A stretch of DNA of 64,000 nucleotides, taken from Eledone cirrhosa (lineage: Eukaryota). Position numbers and translations under genes: made by a program. Positions within the stretch are counted from its first letter, which is position 1. Each line of letters opens with the position of its first letter. Shown piece after piece: positions 62,253 to 64,000 of this stretch. A model generated the notes under the pieces. That model ran no database searches, had not been told where the DNA came from, and saw only the letters and a program-made list of their open reading frames with translations. The stretch lies in NCBI GenBank assembly GCA_964016885.1, contig OZ024743.1:315084001-315148000 (forward strand), in the 5' to 3' direction.

Positions 62253-62610
62253 AAATGTAATTTGATTGGTTATAAATGAAATTATGACTGTCACGTGAAC
62301 AAGTACATTAAATTTCGCGCCCGTATTTTGGAGTTTTTATAGCCATTTAGAGAATTTTGTGGCAAACAAAAGATAATGGTGAAGAAAAAGGGACGGAGTA
62401 AGTTGTTCTGAGTATGACTGTGGTGCTGAAATGTAATTTGATTGGTTATAAATGAAATTATGACTGTCACGTGAACAAGTTCATTACATTTCGCGCCCGT
62501 ATTTAGAAATTTATTTTGTAGCCTTTTAGAGAATTTTGTGCCAAACAAAAGATAATGGTCAAGAAAAATGGGATGGGGAGAATTGTTCTGGTTCAGTGAA
62601 TATGACTGGT
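62253..62610. repeat. ~176-bp tandem repeat (2 good copies; diverged copies upstream to ~62030)
   Basis: aaatgtaatttgattggttataaatgaaattatgactgtcacgtgaacaagt at ~62253 and ~62429. Confidence 0.85.
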
Positions 62611-62663
62611 GCGTTGAGGTGTCAGAATTCAGACTTTCTATTGAAATAAATGAAGTAGACCCC

Positions 62664-63342
62664 CTAAGCCCGACGTGCAGCAGATCCTGGGTTAGTGGCA
62701 GACTGCACCAGGTTGAGGCTGCAGAAAGTGTCGGTGCAAGTAGCATCCCAGACGAGGGGTTTGGCACCGCGGAATGGGAAGATGGTCACGCCATCTGGCC
62801 TTTTGCCGTTCCCTCTGTCCAGCCCCACCGGCTCGAGCTGGGAAGGGGATCCCGCAGCATCCAAGCCATGCTTTATGATCTCGTTTAGGGCAGCATGGCG
62901 TGGAAGGCGGCCGGCACTGTGGCGACAGGAAAGCGTGTGCAGGCCGAAGGAATCCACGGTGGATCCGTCGCGACATAGGTGTGGCTCGCAGATCGGGAGG
63001 CTGAGCCTCAAGGAAACTTCGATGCGCAGGCTATTGTTGTCTAGCTGCGTGCCAGTGGAAAAGGAGGGCAGGATATGGAGCCAGGCACCACTGTGGGGTT
63101 TGGAGGCCGCACGAAAGCCAGTTCGAGCTGCCGCCTGAGTCTGTTTGAGGCCAGGCTGCACTGGATGACATCCCAAGTGCTTTGGGCGGGGTGGGGGACT
63201 TGACATACCACTCTACTGACCACCATAGGCGCCGAGCTGGCCAGCCGCAGGTATGAAAACCCGCGAGTTGGGGTGGCTTTTCCGGTGCGTCTCCCTTGCT
63301 GTCCTCCGCGGGAACGCCTTCTCCATCCTATTCGCCGAGGTT
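62664..63342. mobile_element. CRE-like RLE non-LTR retrotransposon 3' part with 5' inversion
   Basis: Minus strand 63206-62664: SGAWL, LRL, CCHC-like, RH, KRPDG...WD; plus strand 63207-63342: ELGWLFRCVSLAVLRGNAFSIL. Confidence 0.85.
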
Positions 63343-64000
63343 GTGTATGTATGTGTGTGGGGGGGGAGGGGCATCGCTTAACATTCCATATTTAGGGATC
63401 CGAAACACAAAACCTGTTTATTTAGTCTCCATCTATATCTTCCTATGACATATAAAGATTATATATATATATACACATGTGTATGTATATGTGTGTGCAT
63501 CAGGAAAGTAGATATATGTATGTTTATTTGTGTGCTTGTGTGTGTGTGTGTGAGTGTGTGTGTGTAGGAAGATGATTCTGTTAGTAGAAATGGAGGAGGG
63601 AGTTATGTGTGTGTGGGGGGAGCATGGTTAGCATGTTAAGATGGAGAGAATATATATATATTTTGTGTATGTGTGTATGTGTGTGTGGGAGTATGGTTAG
63701 CATGTTAAGATGGAGAGAATATATATATTTTTTTGTGTATGTGTGTGTAGGAAAATGATTCCTTTAGTAGAAATGGGGGAGGGAGATATGTGTGTGTGGG
63801 GTGTGTGGTTAGCATGTTAAGGTGTTAAAGTATTAACGTATGTTAAGGTTTATTTAGCTCTGGTTTTTATTTTCTAAAGTAGAAAGTGTTATGTGTGTAT
63901 GTATGTGTCATTTTTAGATGGTTAGCATGTTATGGTGTTGACAACGTATATTAAACTATATTTAATGCTGGTCTATATTTTTGAATAAACATATTTTCCT

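Noticed and set aside
62568-63138. Plus-strand ORFs of 106 and 147 aa
   Set aside because: Antisense shadows of the GC-rich CRE-like coding segment

Overview
Very AT-rich, repeat-saturated metazoan non-coding DNA. The tRNA-derived SINEs and huge (TA)n/(CA)n tracts suggest a cephalopod (Octopus-like) genome, but this is inference. Almost all listed YI/CV/HT-rich ORFs are microsatellite artefacts, and no intact host gene is supported. The real content is decayed mobile DNA: two 5'-truncated Naiad-type Penelope-like elements (PLEs) with inverted pseudo-LTRs (pLTRs), several smaller PLE GIY-YIG fragments, a DD37D (maT) transposon, a mariner relic, RTE, Tx1/L1-like and CRE-like LINE pieces, and about 12 SINEs. 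The most striking signal is a dense set of type I hammerhead ribozyme (HHR) motifs from several families, mostly in fold-back elements sitting in (TA)n tracts. It includes a near-identical 465/466-bp tandem array with one canonical minimal HHR per unit (retrozyme-like, predicted circular RNA), a family with a fixed CAGANGA core, and HHRs with greatly extended stem II. All RNA folds were assigned by eye, none has been tested, and element boundaries are approximate.
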